A stretch of DNA of 64,000 bases from Eledone cirrhosa (GCA_964016885.1 OZ024747.1:19158001-19222000), one strand, 5' to 3'; counted from the first letter of the stretch, positions 42,377-56,982 are shown. Numbers and translations: made by a program. The notes: generated from the letters alone by a model not told the origin.

Positions 42377-42447
42377 TATTTTATCTGATGAAAACGCAGA
42401 TATCATCTCATGATGATATTTGTTTTTGAAATGCGCATAATAAAATA
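42377..42447 (+). ncRNA. Type I hammerhead ribozyme motif
   Basis: TATTTTAT CTGATGA AAAC..CAGATATCATC-TCAT-GATGATATTTG-TTTTT GAAA TGCGCA TA ATAAAATA; palindromic ATGCGCAT stem III. Confidence 0.87.
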
Positions 42448-42490
42448 CTTGGAACTCTTTTAACCATCTTTTGATCTTATATATATATAT

Positions 42491-43187
42491 ATTTTGACGC
42501 TATAGTCACTTATATATTATGGAATACTGTTGGCTTCTTGCTACAATAATTTCTATACTTTTCATTTATACTCGGATTTCTTTCCTAGAGTGCTTAAATT
42601 ATTTGTGACTAATCCCGGTATTAAAAAAAAAACCGCGATAATATTGCTTTTTGCTGAACTCCATATTGTAGAGTTTTTTTCGGAATGTTTTTGACTGTTG
42701 TTTCATGTAAACAAACATTCGTCTCATTCTGACGTCACCAGCCCTGTTTTTCCACATGTGCGTTTTATTTTCATAATCACGCATGATATTAAACTAGCCT
42801 GCTTTTAAATTCCCTTTTTTGGCATATTAATCAGTGAGACTTTGGTTATCATGTTGAGCTCTGCTGACGATCGAATTCAAACCGTGACTATCCCCACTGA
42901 AAGTTTTCGTGAAATAGTCTTTTCAGAGCATTTGTAGTTGTTCCAAATTGAAGGATGAGTATTTTAAACTTTATTTTATCATGAGTTAAGGCTCTATTCA
43001 TTTTTCCATGGATTTCACTAAATTCTCTTGGATAAATCTATATCCTGATTCTTTTTGAATTGAGTTTGAATTATTTTCCCCACATCTTACGTTAACTATT
43101 TTCCCATTTTGACGCTATAGTCACTTATATATTATGGAATACTGTTGGCTTCTTGCTACAATAATTTCTATACTTTTCATTTATATA
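42491..43187 (+). mobile_element. Partial-tandem (pseudo-LTR-like) element, period 615 bp, with an HHR
   Basis: An ~80-bp block ATTTTGACGCTATAGTCAC... is identical at 42491 and 43106; TA-flanked. Confidence 0.75.
42858..42929 (+). ncRNA. Type I hammerhead motif (stem III imperfect)
   Basis: GCTCTG CTGACGA TCGAA...TTCGT GAAA TAGTCTT TT CAGAGC; perfect 6-bp stem I. Confidence 0.7.
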
Positions 43188-43409
43188 TATATATATATTT
43201 ATATATTTGTTATAAGAACAGATTAAAGTTTAAGCAAAGAATCGCGTGCGCCGACGGATATACACATACATATACATACGCACACACAAATACATACACA
43301 CACACAAATGCGCGCGCATTTCTACAGCATCTTCACCAAACTTAAGACATAGGTTACTTATGTACTCCGGATGGTCATGGACACTTTCATTTTTCCAGAT
43401 ATTGATTAT

Positions 43410-43723
43410 AGGGCCTCCCGGCAGATAACCCCCTTTAACCGCTTTCTTGGAAGCAGTGCAATGCAACAAAACGTCATAACGTCTGGAGTTCGCAACCGAT
43501 TTTCACAAAACTTGACACATGGGCTACGTTTGTTCTACAGATGAATGTGAACTCTCAGAATTGACACACATTGAGTAGGGGACGCCTGGAGGCAGGAACC
43601 CCCTTTTGGAAAAAGCCGATGATTTTGTAAAAGTATAGTTTTCTAAGCAGCACAGAAGTATTGACATAAATGGTATACATAACTGCTATTTAATACCTGA
43701 GCAACGCCGGGTACCTCTGCTAG
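43410..43723 (+). mobile_element. Non-autonomous Helitron, 3' portion
   Basis: Subterminal hairpin TACCTGAGCAACGCCGGGTA, then CCTCTG-CTAG followed by T; internal ACCGATTTTCACAAAACTTG motif; 5' boundary uncertain. Confidence 0.7.
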
Positions 43724-44581
43724 TTATATAATAATTTTATTTATTCCGTTAAACTGCTATTTCGAATCTATAGTGGATGTTTCAGTATAATTGACATTGT
43801 TCACTTTGTTATTTTTCTTGAAGACCTCTGACTGAAATTTTACAACAGAAAAATTTCATTACACAAAATAGATTGAACATATGCATTCTAGGGATATTTT
43901 TTGTATAAAAAATAATTCTGATATCTTATTGCATTTGCATATATATCTACTCACATAACATGCTTTTCTCCCCTCTCTCTCGCTCTCTCCCTCCCTCTCT
44001 CTCAAAGAATAAAAATATCAATTTATACATTTATTCTAAGATATAAGATAAACATAAACACCGGATAATATTATATATATTATGTTATGTTATATTATAT
44101 TATGTAATGTTATATCATATTATATTATATTCTAATTAGTAGACACTATTATATTATAATATATTATATTATATTATGTTATGTTATATTATATTATATT
44201 ATATTATCCTATGTTATATTATATTATATTATATTATATTATGTTATATTATATTATGTTATATTATATTATGTTATATTATATTATGTTATATTATATT
44301 ATGTTATATTATATTATAGGCTTCATTGCTAACAAAATTCAAACATATTTCTCCGCTAAGATTATAATATACTTTTATTTCTCTTCTTACGCCATGTAAA
44401 TATATTTTTATTTTTGCAATTATAATATATTTTTTACTAATATCATTAAAATACATGTCTAATATTCATACAATTATACTTATTTCACAATATAATTAAA
44501 ATATATTCACCTTCTAAACGTCAGAGGTACATTAATTCACTATTAATACCATTATATATTTTTCTTAATAAAAATTACATA

Positions 44582-44689
<108 letters not shown>

Positions 44690-44704
44690 TATGTATATAT
44701 ATAT

Positions 44705-44786
<82 letters not shown>

Positions 44787-44826
44787 GATATTAAATAAAT
44801 GGAAACTATATTTATAAAACCATATT

Positions 44827-44892
44827 TATTTCATTATATATATTTCAGGGATATCATATTAAAAATATGGTATGCCTTCTTCAGACAAAATA
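44827..44892 (-). ncRNA. Type I hammerhead motif
   Basis: Inverted copy of 45060-45125. Confidence 0.78.
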
Positions 44893-45059
44893 CAATATAA
44901 ACAGTCTTATAAATGGATAGATTTGACATACCTTACAGCTTCAACTTCCATTTAAAAAGTTGATTTGGTAGTCCAAATCACTACCAAATCAACTTTTTAA
45001 ATGGAAGTTGAAGCTGTAAGGTATGTCAAATCTATCTATTTATAAGACTGTTTATATTG

Positions 45060-45125
45060 TATTTTGTCTGAAGAAGGCATACCATATTTTTAATATGATA
45101 TCCCTGAAATATATATAATGAAATA
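45060..45125 (+). ncRNA. Type I hammerhead motif
   Basis: TATTTTGT CTGAAGA AGG-CATACCATATT..AATATGATAT-CCCT GAAA TATATA TA ATGAAATA. Confidence 0.8.
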
Positions 45126-45251
45126 AATAAGGTTTTATAAATATAGTTTCCATTTATTTAATATCGTAAATATACTCCAAATACTTGTTGAGTGCTTTTA
45201 TATCAGTTATAAATATTTACTCGTTGTAACCCAACAATTTAAATAAAACTT

Positions 45252-45290
<39 letters not shown>

Positions 45291-45589
45291 CATTTTGAAG
45301 ACAACTCGCTATGAGTTTTAAAGTAGTGACTATGTCACTTATTTATTCACAGCAAAAACAAAAGAGAGTGATTGACAGTCCTGTTTCTCGCTCATTAACG
45401 TTTATGAAGACCACTCACTCCTTCGCTTCTGTTGACAGTTATAGAAGCTGGATTCTTATAGAATTCCACTAATGTATATATATATACACATAATGGTATT
45501 AATAGCGAATTACTAAACCTCTGATGTTATCAAGGAGAATATTCTAAAATTATATTATGAAATAAGTATAATTGTATGAATATTAGATA

Positions 45590-45895
45590 TTTGTGCCGAG
45601 ATTGTACAGCTCTTACATCGACTAAAGCTTAAAGCTTTTTTCCACGATACAACATTATTCACCCAGACGGGTTGCTTCACAAGTCTAAGTCGCAACAATT
45701 ACACTGGACGCCAAGCTCTGGCCTGTTCAGTACCTTCGACTTCTTTGTGGACACTTGCCGACATACTTTGAACCACCCTTTATCATCAGAGCCGATCCCA
45801 GGTTACCAACAGCTCGTGTCCGCCATCATTCGCCAACTCATCTCCTCCTCTCTCCTTACCCCACCACAGCCACAAACCTTATAGTACGCACCCCT
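45590..45895 (+). pseudogene. Decayed N-terminal fragment of another PLE ORF (Neptune/Poseidon-like)
   Basis: HRLKLKAFFH, WTPSSGLFSTFDFFVDTCR and PIPGYQQLVSAIIRQLISSSLL resemble pre-RT motifs of PLEs; frameshifted. Confidence 0.55.
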
Positions 45896-45929
45896 TAGTT
45901 TAAAACTGATAAAAATCCTCCTGATATAT

Positions 45930-46283
<354 letters not shown>

Positions 46284-47199
46284 TACGATCTATACGCGGA
46301 TATTTTACGTCTTGATGTGGTAGCTAAGTATATGTTATGTTTATACCATTACTTATTTGCATAGGTAAGTATATATTACCTGTATGTTTTGTGAAGGTAC
46401 GTATACTTTCTCGTACGTATATTTGATTGTATATGTTATGGTGTATATTTTATATATTCTGGTACATATGCTTTTGGTTACGTGAGTTTTTCGACTGTGT
46501 GAGTATGCGGGTTCGTACGTATGTAGGGTGTGTGTATATGTGTACTTCGTGTTTTGGTTGACATACGTCTCCGAACATATGTGTATTTACATGTAGGTAT
46601 GTGTGTGCGCTTGTTATATACGTATTTATTTATTTATATACGTTTATTTAATTATTTGTATACACGCACACACACACACATATTTATATGTGCGTGTATT
46701 TGTATACCTATGGCGAGTGTTTTCACGTATGCTTTTGTATGTACGTATATGGATGCGTGTATGTATTTATTTAATTTCAATTAGCTCTGTATTTTATTTA
46801 CTTTATTCTTAACTCTGAAGCCGAGAATCATTCGGTTTTCTAGTTAGAATTTTAGTCTACGACTTCAGTTATACCATTTACGTGGTTTTGTCTTTGCGTG
46901 CAATTGTTCTCCACGGTCTACATATGACGTATTATCTTCGTATTTCCGTTCATTGCCAGAGAACGTCTCTATGAACCACCTAAGAGAACATTAGTCTACG
47001 ACTTCTTTTATACCATAAACGTGGTTCTGTCTTTGCGTGTAATTGTTTTTCACCGCTCCAAATAATGACGTATTATATTCGTTTTTTCCCGTTCTTTGCC
47101 AGGGAACGTTTCCACGAAACAAAGTATCATCTTCCTGTCTTCCTCTGGTTGCAACGTTTTTTGAAATATTCACTTCTGCGTTCACAGATTGACTTTGTT

Positions 47200-47250
47200 A
47201 GTTTCAGAAGATCCCGTTAAGAGTGAAAGCAGCGATTCTTTGCTTAAACT
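47200..47250 (+). ncRNA. Variant hammerhead with CAGAAGA (U4A) core
   Basis: AGTTT CAGAAGA TCCC-GTTAA-GAGT GAAA GCA-GCGATTCTT-TGC TT AAACT. Confidence 0.65.
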
Positions 47251-47370
47251 TTAATCTGTTATTTTAATAAATATTTGGTCTACGGTTCTTATATATTTGA
47301 TATATATTTATCCTTATCGAGCCCTCTTTGGATTTTAGTCTTCAAATTTATTATTATTACTATATATATA

Positions 47371-47429
<59 letters not shown>

Positions 47430-48295
47430 ACGCCCTGCACACTTACAAACCCACTTACAAACCTACAAACATACATCTATATTCTAATATCGTACAAATA
47501 TATTTTTTACTATTGCCATTTTACCTTTTCATCCAATCTTTATCTAATCAATTCTATACAGTCACTTGACCTGAACACAACCAAATCATTTCAGAAGAAG
47601 GAAAACACATTAGAGAATATACGAGTATAATTTCATATTGTTCTCCTGAACTAAAAAAATAAGTTGGTCTCGACAGGAAGGCGTTTTATCATAGATAGAT
47701 TTATTTCTCTGATGTCAGCAAGCAGTCGTCATAAATGACAACAAACTAAAATCAGTACCATATTCATCAATATCTTATCCTCGCCAAGGTATAATATTCA
47801 CTATACCGTTTCGTTATGTGTAGTTACAGCCGTCACCAGCTATCAAGTATGACATAGTAGTATGTACCATGCAATGATTTTAGTAGTCGCGAACAGTTAC
47901 CTTCTCGACTCTGCCTCCTTTCAATGGAACATCTAATGGAACATCTAGATGTGATATCTGGAAGGAAAGGATGAAAGGCGATGTGGACCTCGACGAGATC
48001 TGAACTCGGAACGACTCGGTTAAATCAACTACCTTAATGCATGAGTAAGAAAATATATCTATACCTTTATTCTATGATATAAGATAACAAAAATTCTACT
48101 TGTGCCGGATTATTTTGAACCCGGACACTATATTATATTATATTATATTATATTATATTATATTATATTATATTATATTATATTATATTATATTATATTA
48201 TATTATATTATATTATATTATATTATATTATATTATATTATATTATATTATATTATATTATATTATATTATATTATATTATATTATATTATATTA

Positions 48296-49190
48296 ATCCC
48301 GCCGAGGTTAACTTTGCCTTTCATCCTTACGGGGTCGATAAAATAAAGTACCAGTAATGTACTGGGTAATTGCTGGCCTGGTGCCCAAAGTAGAAACAAT
48401 TATATTATATTATATTATATTATATTATTGGGAGTATTGGTAGAGTGTCGGATGCCATGCTTTGGCGCATAGAGTTACGGCCCTTGCCATTCTGAGTTCA
48501 AATCCCGCCGAGGTTAACTTTGCCTTTCATCCTTACGGGGTAGATAAAATAAAGTACCAGTAATACACTGGGTATTTGCTGGCCTTGTGCCTAAAGTAGA
48601 AACAATTATATTATATTATATTATATTATATTATATTATATTATATTATATTATATTATATTATATTATATTATATTATATTATATTATATCATTATATT
48701 AAAGAGAAAATGGCGGTGGATTGGCAGTATCGGTAGAGAGTCAAACGCCATGCTTTGACGCATAGAGTTACGGCCCTTGCCATTCTGAGTTCAAATCCCG
48801 CCGAGGTTAACTTTGCCTTTCATCCTTACGGGGTCAATAACATAAAGTACCAGTAATACACTGGGTATTTGCTGGCCTTGTGCCTAAAGTAGAAACAATT
48901 ATATTATATTATATTATATTATATTATATTATATTATATTATATTATATTATATTATATTATATTATATTATATTATATCATTATATTAAAGAGTAAATG
49001 GCGGTGGATTGGCAGTACCGATAGAGGGTCGGACACCATGCTTTGACGCATAGAGTTACGGCCCTTGCCATTCTGAGTTCAAATCCCGCCGAGGTTAACT
49101 TTGCCTTTCATCCTTACGGGGTCAATAACATAAAGTACCAGTAATGCACTGGAATAGTTGCTGGCCTTGTGCCAAAAGAAGAAACAATTA
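48296..49190 (+). mobile_element. Four SINE copies interleaved with (TATAT)n
   Basis: Copies at ~48296, 48432, 48712 and 49000; the last two share the leader ATCATTATATTAAAGAG. Confidence 0.9.
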
Positions 49191-49574
49191 TGTTATATAA
49201 TATTATATTATGATATGTTATATAATCATATTAAAGAGTAAAGGATATTCTTTAATATATTATATTATATGATATTATGTTATATCATAACCAAAGCACC
49301 AGTATCGTTATCATTGTCAATAATTCCCAGTCAGTGTTCTTATAGTAGCCATCATCAACCGTGTCGTCGCTGTTGTGGTAGCTGTCTTCATCAAAGCTAA
49401 TGGTGATAGCGTTACGAGCTATATTTGATGTCAAATACAGACATAGTTAATAATATCCATCAACCATGAAGACTAAAGTTGACATTAGTTAAGAAAGTTT
49501 TACCTGACACCGTTACCATTATATCATCTACCAGGGGAGACCCACCACCATCAATTTACATTATGACATGTATA

Positions 49575-50347
<773 letters not shown>

Positions 50348-50890
50348 GTGCGGCTATATACATATATTCATATATTCATATATCCATATATATACACACA
50401 AACACACATATATACGTTCAGAGTATTGATTTTTTGTTTCGAAAATTTGAGATTGAACAACTTTTATCTTTTTTCTTTTTCTTTTACTTTCACCTTGTCA
50501 TAAACTAACCACACATACAATCAGCTTTTCATTCAAAGTACGCTTTACATGTGTTTGCACCCAGAGGTGTTTACTTCATTATGTGCGTGTGTGTAGGTAA
50601 TATTTGGTGATATTTTATCAACAGCAATCCATACATCAGATATTTTTTGTGATGCTGTGATGATTCTGGTGTAGGCAATGTAATTAGTATTCAAGGTTGT
50701 TTTTAAAATTATATATTAAATTGTAAGCGACATCGATACAGAAGTAGATTTTCATTGGTTTCCTTCAAGGTTTTTCGTTTTCTTAGAAGTCTTTGAAAAT
50801 ATATTTCTAGATGTAGTACTTCTGTTGTCGTTAACTATTTTTTTCCCGTTTGCTTTGTGTTATCTTGTAGTGGTGATAATACACACACAC

Positions 50891-51279
<389 letters not shown>

Positions 51280-51296
51280 ATATATATATGTATATG

Positions 51297-51408
<112 letters not shown>

Positions 51409-51504
51409 AATGAAGTAATTCCGTCGGAAAAGTCCAGGAAAAAAGAGTGCTCTATGTAGGTAACAGAGCTTAATAGTTATGTAATAAACAACATAAGGCA
51501 ATTA

Positions 51505-51564
51505 TTCCATTTACCAGTGGTTTCTTAAAAGCAAAAAATTTTGCTTTCAATCATCAGAATGAAA
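51505..51564 (-). ncRNA. Type I hammerhead ribozyme motif
   Basis: Inverted copy of 51616-51675. Confidence 0.85.
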
Positions 51565-51615
51565 AATTCCTGGTCTATTTATTGATATAGAATATCAATA
51601 AATAGACCAGGATTT

Positions 51616-51675
51616 TTTCATTCTGATGATTGAAAGCAACATTTTTTGCTTTTAAGAAACCACTGGTAAATGGAA
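51616..51675 (+). ncRNA. Type I hammerhead ribozyme motif
   Basis: TTTCATT CTGATGA TTGAAAGCAA..TTGCTTTTAA GAAA CCACTGG TA AATGGAA; GUA site. Confidence 0.88.
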
Positions 51676-51700
51676 TAATTGCCTTATGTTGTTTATTACA

Positions 51701-51736
<36 letters not shown>

Positions 51737-51749
51737 TGTGCGTATGTGA

Positions 51750-52662
51750 AATGGAATGGACCTCCATCGGCTTTGACTATGGGTTTTCTAGTTGGGCGAT
51801 AAACAGAACAGCCTGATCCTGAAATGAACGTGTAAAGGACAGCGCATTCTACAGACACGTGTACCTTGAACGTAATCCTCAGGGAAATTCCGGGTATGAC
51901 AAGTTTGCTCCTGTAACCCTTTAGCATTTACATTACTCTTGTATTTTCATAGTAAAGACTTTATCTCACATAATATCTCACATAACATTTACATTACTCT
52001 ATATATACTATTGTATTTTCATAGTAAAGACTTTATCTCACATAATATCTCACATAACATTTACATTACTCTATATATACTATTGTACTTTCATAGTAAA
52101 GACTTTATCTCACATAATATCTCACATAACATTTACATTACTCTATATATACTATTGTACTTTCATAGTAAAGACTTTATCTCACATAATATCTCACATA
52201 ACATTTACATTACTCTATATATACTATTGTATTTTCATAGTAAAGACTTTATCTCACATAATATCTCACATAACATTTACATTACTCTATATATACTATT
52301 GTACTTTCATAGTAAAGACTTTATCTCACATAATAATTTCACATAGTATTGAATCTATGAGATTTTGATATTATTGTTTTTGAGAACAATACCTTAAAAT
52401 CGATATGAATGGCCAGTTATGGCCAGTTTGAACAGAAAGAGGTGAGAGAATTCTGGCCGGATACAGCCGCTTTAAATGCTAAAGGGTTAAATTACAGGCA
52501 CAGTCCATACGACTATCTTCAGAACAGTTACCATCTGCTCAATTTAACTCACAAGTCATTGGTCGGCGCAAGGTTATGATATATGACACTTATCCGAGAT
52601 AGCACGCAGTGGGATTGAACCCAGGACTTAAGGATTGCGAAGCGCACTCTTTAACCATTCTG
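51750..52662 (-). mobile_element. Old tRNA-derived SINE interrupted by a MITE
   Basis: Reverse-complement head at 52600-52662 (GGGTTCAATCCC B-box); the body continues to the left of the MITE. Confidence 0.55.
51917..52486. mobile_element. piggyBac-type MITE containing a 72-bp tandem repeat (~5.5 copies, 51925-52335)
   Basis: Perfect 14-bp TIR CCCTTTAGCATTTA / TAAATGCTAAAGGG; flanks GTAA and TTAA. Confidence 0.8.
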
Positions 52663-52667
52663 TCAAT

Positions 52668-54415
52668 TGGATGTGACCACGCATGTATAGTGTATATATA
52701 GTTTGGGTGAGACCACCCATGTATAGTGTATATATAGTTTGGATCTGACCACCCATGTAGAGTGTATATATAGTTTAGATGTGACCACCCATGTATAGTG
52801 TATATATAGTTTGGATGTGACCACCCATGTACAGTGTATATATAGTTTGGATCTGACCACCCATGTATAGTGTATATATAGTTTGGATGTGACCACCCAT
52901 GTATAGTGTATATATAGTTTGGATGTGACCACCCATGTATAGTGTATATATAGTTTGGATCTGACCACCCATGTATAGTGTATATATAGTTTGGATGTGA
53001 CCACCCATGTATAGTGTATATATAGTTTGGATGTGACCACCCATGTATAGTGTATATATAGTTTGGATGTGACCACCCATGTATAGTGTATATATAGTTT
53101 GGATCTGACCACCCATGTATAGTGTATATATAGTTTGGATGTGACCACCCATGTATAGTGTATATATAGTTTGGGTGAGACCACCCATGTATAGTGTATA
53201 TATAGTTTGGATGTGACCACCCATGTATAGTGTATATATAGTTTGGATGTGACCACCCATGTATAGTGTATATATAGTTTGGATGTGACCACCCATGTAC
53301 AGTGTATATATAGTTTGGATGTGACCACCCATGTATAGTGTATATATAGTTTGGATCTGACCACCCATGTATAGTGTATATATAGTTTGGCTGTGACCAC
53401 CCATGTATAGTGTATATATAGTTTGGATGTGACCACCCATGTATAGTGTATATATAGTTTGGATGTGACCACCCATGTATAGTGTATATATAGTTTGGGT
53501 GAGACCACCCATGTATAGTGTATATATAGTTTGGATGTGACCACCCATGTATAGTGTATATATAGTTTAGATGTGACCACCCATGTATAGTGTATATATA
53601 GTTTGGGTGAGACCACCCATGTATAGTGTATATATAGTTTGGATGTGACCACCCATGTATAGTGTATATATAGTTTGGGTGAGACCACCCATGTATAGTG
53701 TATATATAGTTTGGATGTGATCACCCATGTATAGTGTATATATAGTTTGGATGTGACCACCCATGTATAGTGTATATATAGTTTGGGTGAGACCACCCAT
53801 GTATAGTGTATATATAGTTTGGATGTGATCACCCATGTATAGTGTATATATAGTTTGGATGTGACCACCCATGTATAGTGTATATATAGTTTGGGTGAGA
53901 CCACCCATGTATAGTGTATATATAGTTTGGATGTGATCACCCATGTATAGTGTATATATAGTTTGGATGTGACCACCCATGTATAGTGTATATATAGTTT
54001 GGGTGAGACCACCCATGTATAGTGTATATATAGTTTGGATGTGATCACCCATGTATAGTGTATATATAGTTTGGATGTGACCACCCATGTATAGTGTATA
54101 TATAGTTTGGGTGAGACCACCCATGTATAGTGTATATATAGTTTGGATGTGATCACCCATGTATAGTGTATATATAGTTTGGATGTGACCACCCATGTAT
54201 AGTGTATATATAGTTTAGATGTGACCACCCATGTATAGTGTATATATAGTTTGGGTGAGACCACCCATGTATAGTGTATATATAGTTTGGATGTGATCAC
54301 CCATGTATAGTGTATATATAGTTTGGGTGAGACCACCCATGTATAGTGTATATATAGTTTGGGTGAGACCACCCATGTATAGTGTATATATAGTTTGGAT
54401 CTGACCACCCATGTA
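52668..54415. repeat. 36-bp minisatellite, ~48 copies
   Basis: GTTTGGATGTGACCACCCATGTATAGTGTATATATA with recurrent variants. Confidence 0.97.
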
Positions 54416-54536
54416 AACACTCATATCTGAAGAAGTGTCGATTAAGAGCCGGGATCCGATCACATGATCAAACCCGTGCTGATCGATATAGAAACAATTA
54501 TAATATGAAATCAGTTTCACAAAATGCTGCAATTCT

Positions 54537-54644
<108 letters not shown>

Positions 54645-54656
54645 TTAATATAGATG

Positions 54657-54707
54657 AGATTCTACAGGACTAGAACTGTTTCATTCATAAGAAATCATCA
54701 GGAATCT
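54657..54707 (-). ncRNA. Type I hammerhead ribozyme motif
   Basis: Inverted copy of 55167-55217. Confidence 0.88.
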
Positions 54708-55166
54708 GGGTATCAAAAAATAAATATGGTATTTATAGGTCTCTACAAGTGGTAGGAGAGGGTGGGGAGTGGGATGGGTGCAGGTCATTGGTTGATAGAG
54801 AAGGGAATTCATTAAAAGCTAATTCTACATAGCTATAGTTAATTTATATTTATTTATGTTTTTAGAGTAACAAAGGCAGACAGAATTCTATAAACAGGTT
54901 GTGGATGGCGTACCATTCCTTGTCAATAAGTTTCTCTGAGAAACTTATTGACAAGGAATGGTACGCCATCCAGAACCTGTTTATAGAATTCTGTCTGCCT
55001 TTGTTACTCTAAAAACATAAATAAATATAAATTAACTATAGCTATGTAGAATTAGCTTTTAATGAATTCCCTTCTCTATCAACCAATGACCTGCACCCAT
55101 CCCACTCCCCACCCTCTCCTACCACTTGTAGAGACCTATAAATACCATATTTATTTTTTGATACCC

Positions 55167-55217
55167 AGATTCCTGATGATTTCTTATGAATGAAACAGTT
55201 CTAGTCCTGTAGAATCT
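55167..55217 (+). ncRNA. Type I hammerhead ribozyme motif
   Basis: AGATTC CTGATGA TTTC-TTAT-GAAT GAAA CAG-TTCTAGTC-CTG TA GAATCT; all three stems close; GUA site. Confidence 0.9.
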
Positions 55218-55299
55218 CATCTATATTAAAACTGTTATACTCTGCTATGTATTGAGTACCTTACTTACTGTGGTTACCTCCGATTCAACCCGGAATAAA

Positions 55300-55351
<52 letters not shown>

Positions 55352-55918
55352 CGAGCGGAATATTGAGAGTAAGTTAAACAATTTTTCACTTTTTATTGTG
55401 TTTTTGTTTTGATATGCACCCTTTTTCCTGCTACTAATTTTGTCTCTCACTCTTTTAAGTTGTGAATTAGCCTGGTTATCTCCGCACGTGGCTGACACAT
55501 TTCAGCTTGCTACTATATTGTTATATAATGGATGATCGCATTTAAAGTCCGTTAAAGGTTCTTGGCACTACCATTGTTACCATCGCTTTCCTCTAGCCAA
55601 GGGGCTTGGAGACATGAACCGAATGCTACCATTCTATTTTATATCAATGTGAACTGCTATTTCTAATAGCCATCTTTTCACCCCTTGATAATTTGTGTGT
55701 GAGACACGTTGGCTGAGGGCTTCTGATGGGAACTAATAGATTGATTCTTTTTAGCTTCCCGTCCCCACGTAAAATTTGTAAATCATTGGCTAGTTGAGAG
55801 ATAGGGTCCTATCGGTTGCCAGTTAATCGCTTTACCGTGTCGGTTGTCACAAACTGTCATGACCGGCACGGGCCGGTGTTTGGATTATGTCGATCGATTG
55901 GTTATTGATTAGCCGATA

Positions 55919-56028
55919 CCCGCTGATGAAGCCACATAAGCCGATTGTGCATTGTTGCATAATACATACAGACAGATGGTGCAGTGCACCTTACTGCTGC
56001 ATTAGTGCTGCAGAAACTCGAGTCCGGG
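55919..56028 (+). ncRNA. Type I hammerhead motif with an ~83-nt stem II region, in a TA-flanked element (~55350-56175)
   Basis: CCCG CTGATGA ... GAAA CTCGAG TC CGGG; palindromic ACTCGAGT stem III; GUC site. Confidence 0.75.
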
Positions 56029-56192
56029 AACCTTATAGGCACCCGTTTTACGTGTGTTGTGTTGAGGCAAATAACTATGTGTATACTCTGGTAATGTATC
56101 TTACATTGCCCAGTGAGTGCGCTGAGATACAACCGGTACTGGCATTGATAAATATGCTGGGTCCGTCAACCCTTATATATATATATATATAT

Positions 56193-56477
56193 AAAATAAG
56201 TAGTTTAGAAAGCCACAACAATGCAGAGGGAAATCTCGAGGTAGGAAGTGAATGATAGATAGGAGAAATAGGAGAAAGTGAAAATTGAGAGAGACAAAGA
56301 TGAAAACAAAACAAAGGTAGAAGGGTTACCGTAGTGGAGATTTAATCTCAATATTTCGGGCTCACAGATCTTTGTCTCTCTCAATTTTCACTTTCTCCTA
56401 TTTCTCCTATCTATCATTCACTTCCTACCTCGAGATTTCCCTCTGCATTGTTGTGGCTTTCTAAACTACTTATTTTA
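56193..56477. repeat. Inverted repeat (~109-bp arms, ~66-bp loop) between TA tracts
   Basis: 56193-56301 is the reverse complement of 56368-56477. Confidence 0.9.
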
Positions 56478-56526
56478 CACATTTCACAATGCTTCAAGCA
56501 AACTTTAACACCCTCTTATATATATA

Positions 56527-56611
<85 letters not shown>

Positions 56612-56616
<5 letters not shown>

Positions 56617-56835
56617 CGAAGGAATTGTGGTAAGGAACCAGATGGACCATAACGCACCAAGGTACTCAATACTTAGGGTAGTAGAGTGGGTAATAGGGAC
56701 AAGTATGACCCCACGGCAGAGCTCAATCCGTTTCGATGGCTATTTCTGTCCAGAAATAGCACTCTACTACCCTAAGTATTGAGTACTCTGGTGCGTTATG
56801 GTTCATCTGGTTCCTTACTACATTTCATTCGTTAT
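56612..56835. repeat. Imperfect inverted repeat between TA tracts, with a PLE-type end
   Basis: Arms 56612-56688 and 56760-56835; contains a TATTGAGTAC end motif; the loop holds a partial HHR half on the minus strand (GAAACGG...CCGT). Confidence 0.8.
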
Positions 56836-56854
56836 ATATATAAACATGTATATA

Positions 56855-56909
<55 letters not shown>

Positions 56910-56935
56910 ATGTATATATATATATATATACATAT

Positions 56936-56982
<47 letters not shown>

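Larger units (their letters stand above)
42095..42480. mobile_element. Composite of two divergently oriented HHR elements joined through two short hairpins, in (TA)n
   Basis: The left arm is family A (minus); hairpins at 42246-42288 and 42298-42341; the right arm carries a different stem II. Confidence 0.75.
44784..45255. mobile_element. Family A HHR element with fold-back (palindrome 44784-45168 plus a unique 3' end)
   Basis: ~190-bp near-perfect inverted arms with the axis near 44976; TA tracts on both sides. Confidence 0.9.
51410..51703. mobile_element. Fold-back HHR element related to the 3' end of the 61582-63980 PLE
   Basis: Palindrome 51477-51703 with the axis near 51590; TTCCGTCGGAAA..AGAGTGCTCTATGTA..CAGAGC matches 61594-61652. 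Confidence 0.87.

Noticed and set aside
45490-45590. CTGATGT...GAAATAAGTATA motif, with an inverted related copy at 44450-44560
   Set aside because: The core has A9U and no stem I pairing; the repeat pair is real but a ribozyme is not supported
52663-54420. 585-aa ORF and overlapping ORFs
   Set aside because: They are translations of a 36-bp minisatellite whose period is divisible by 3
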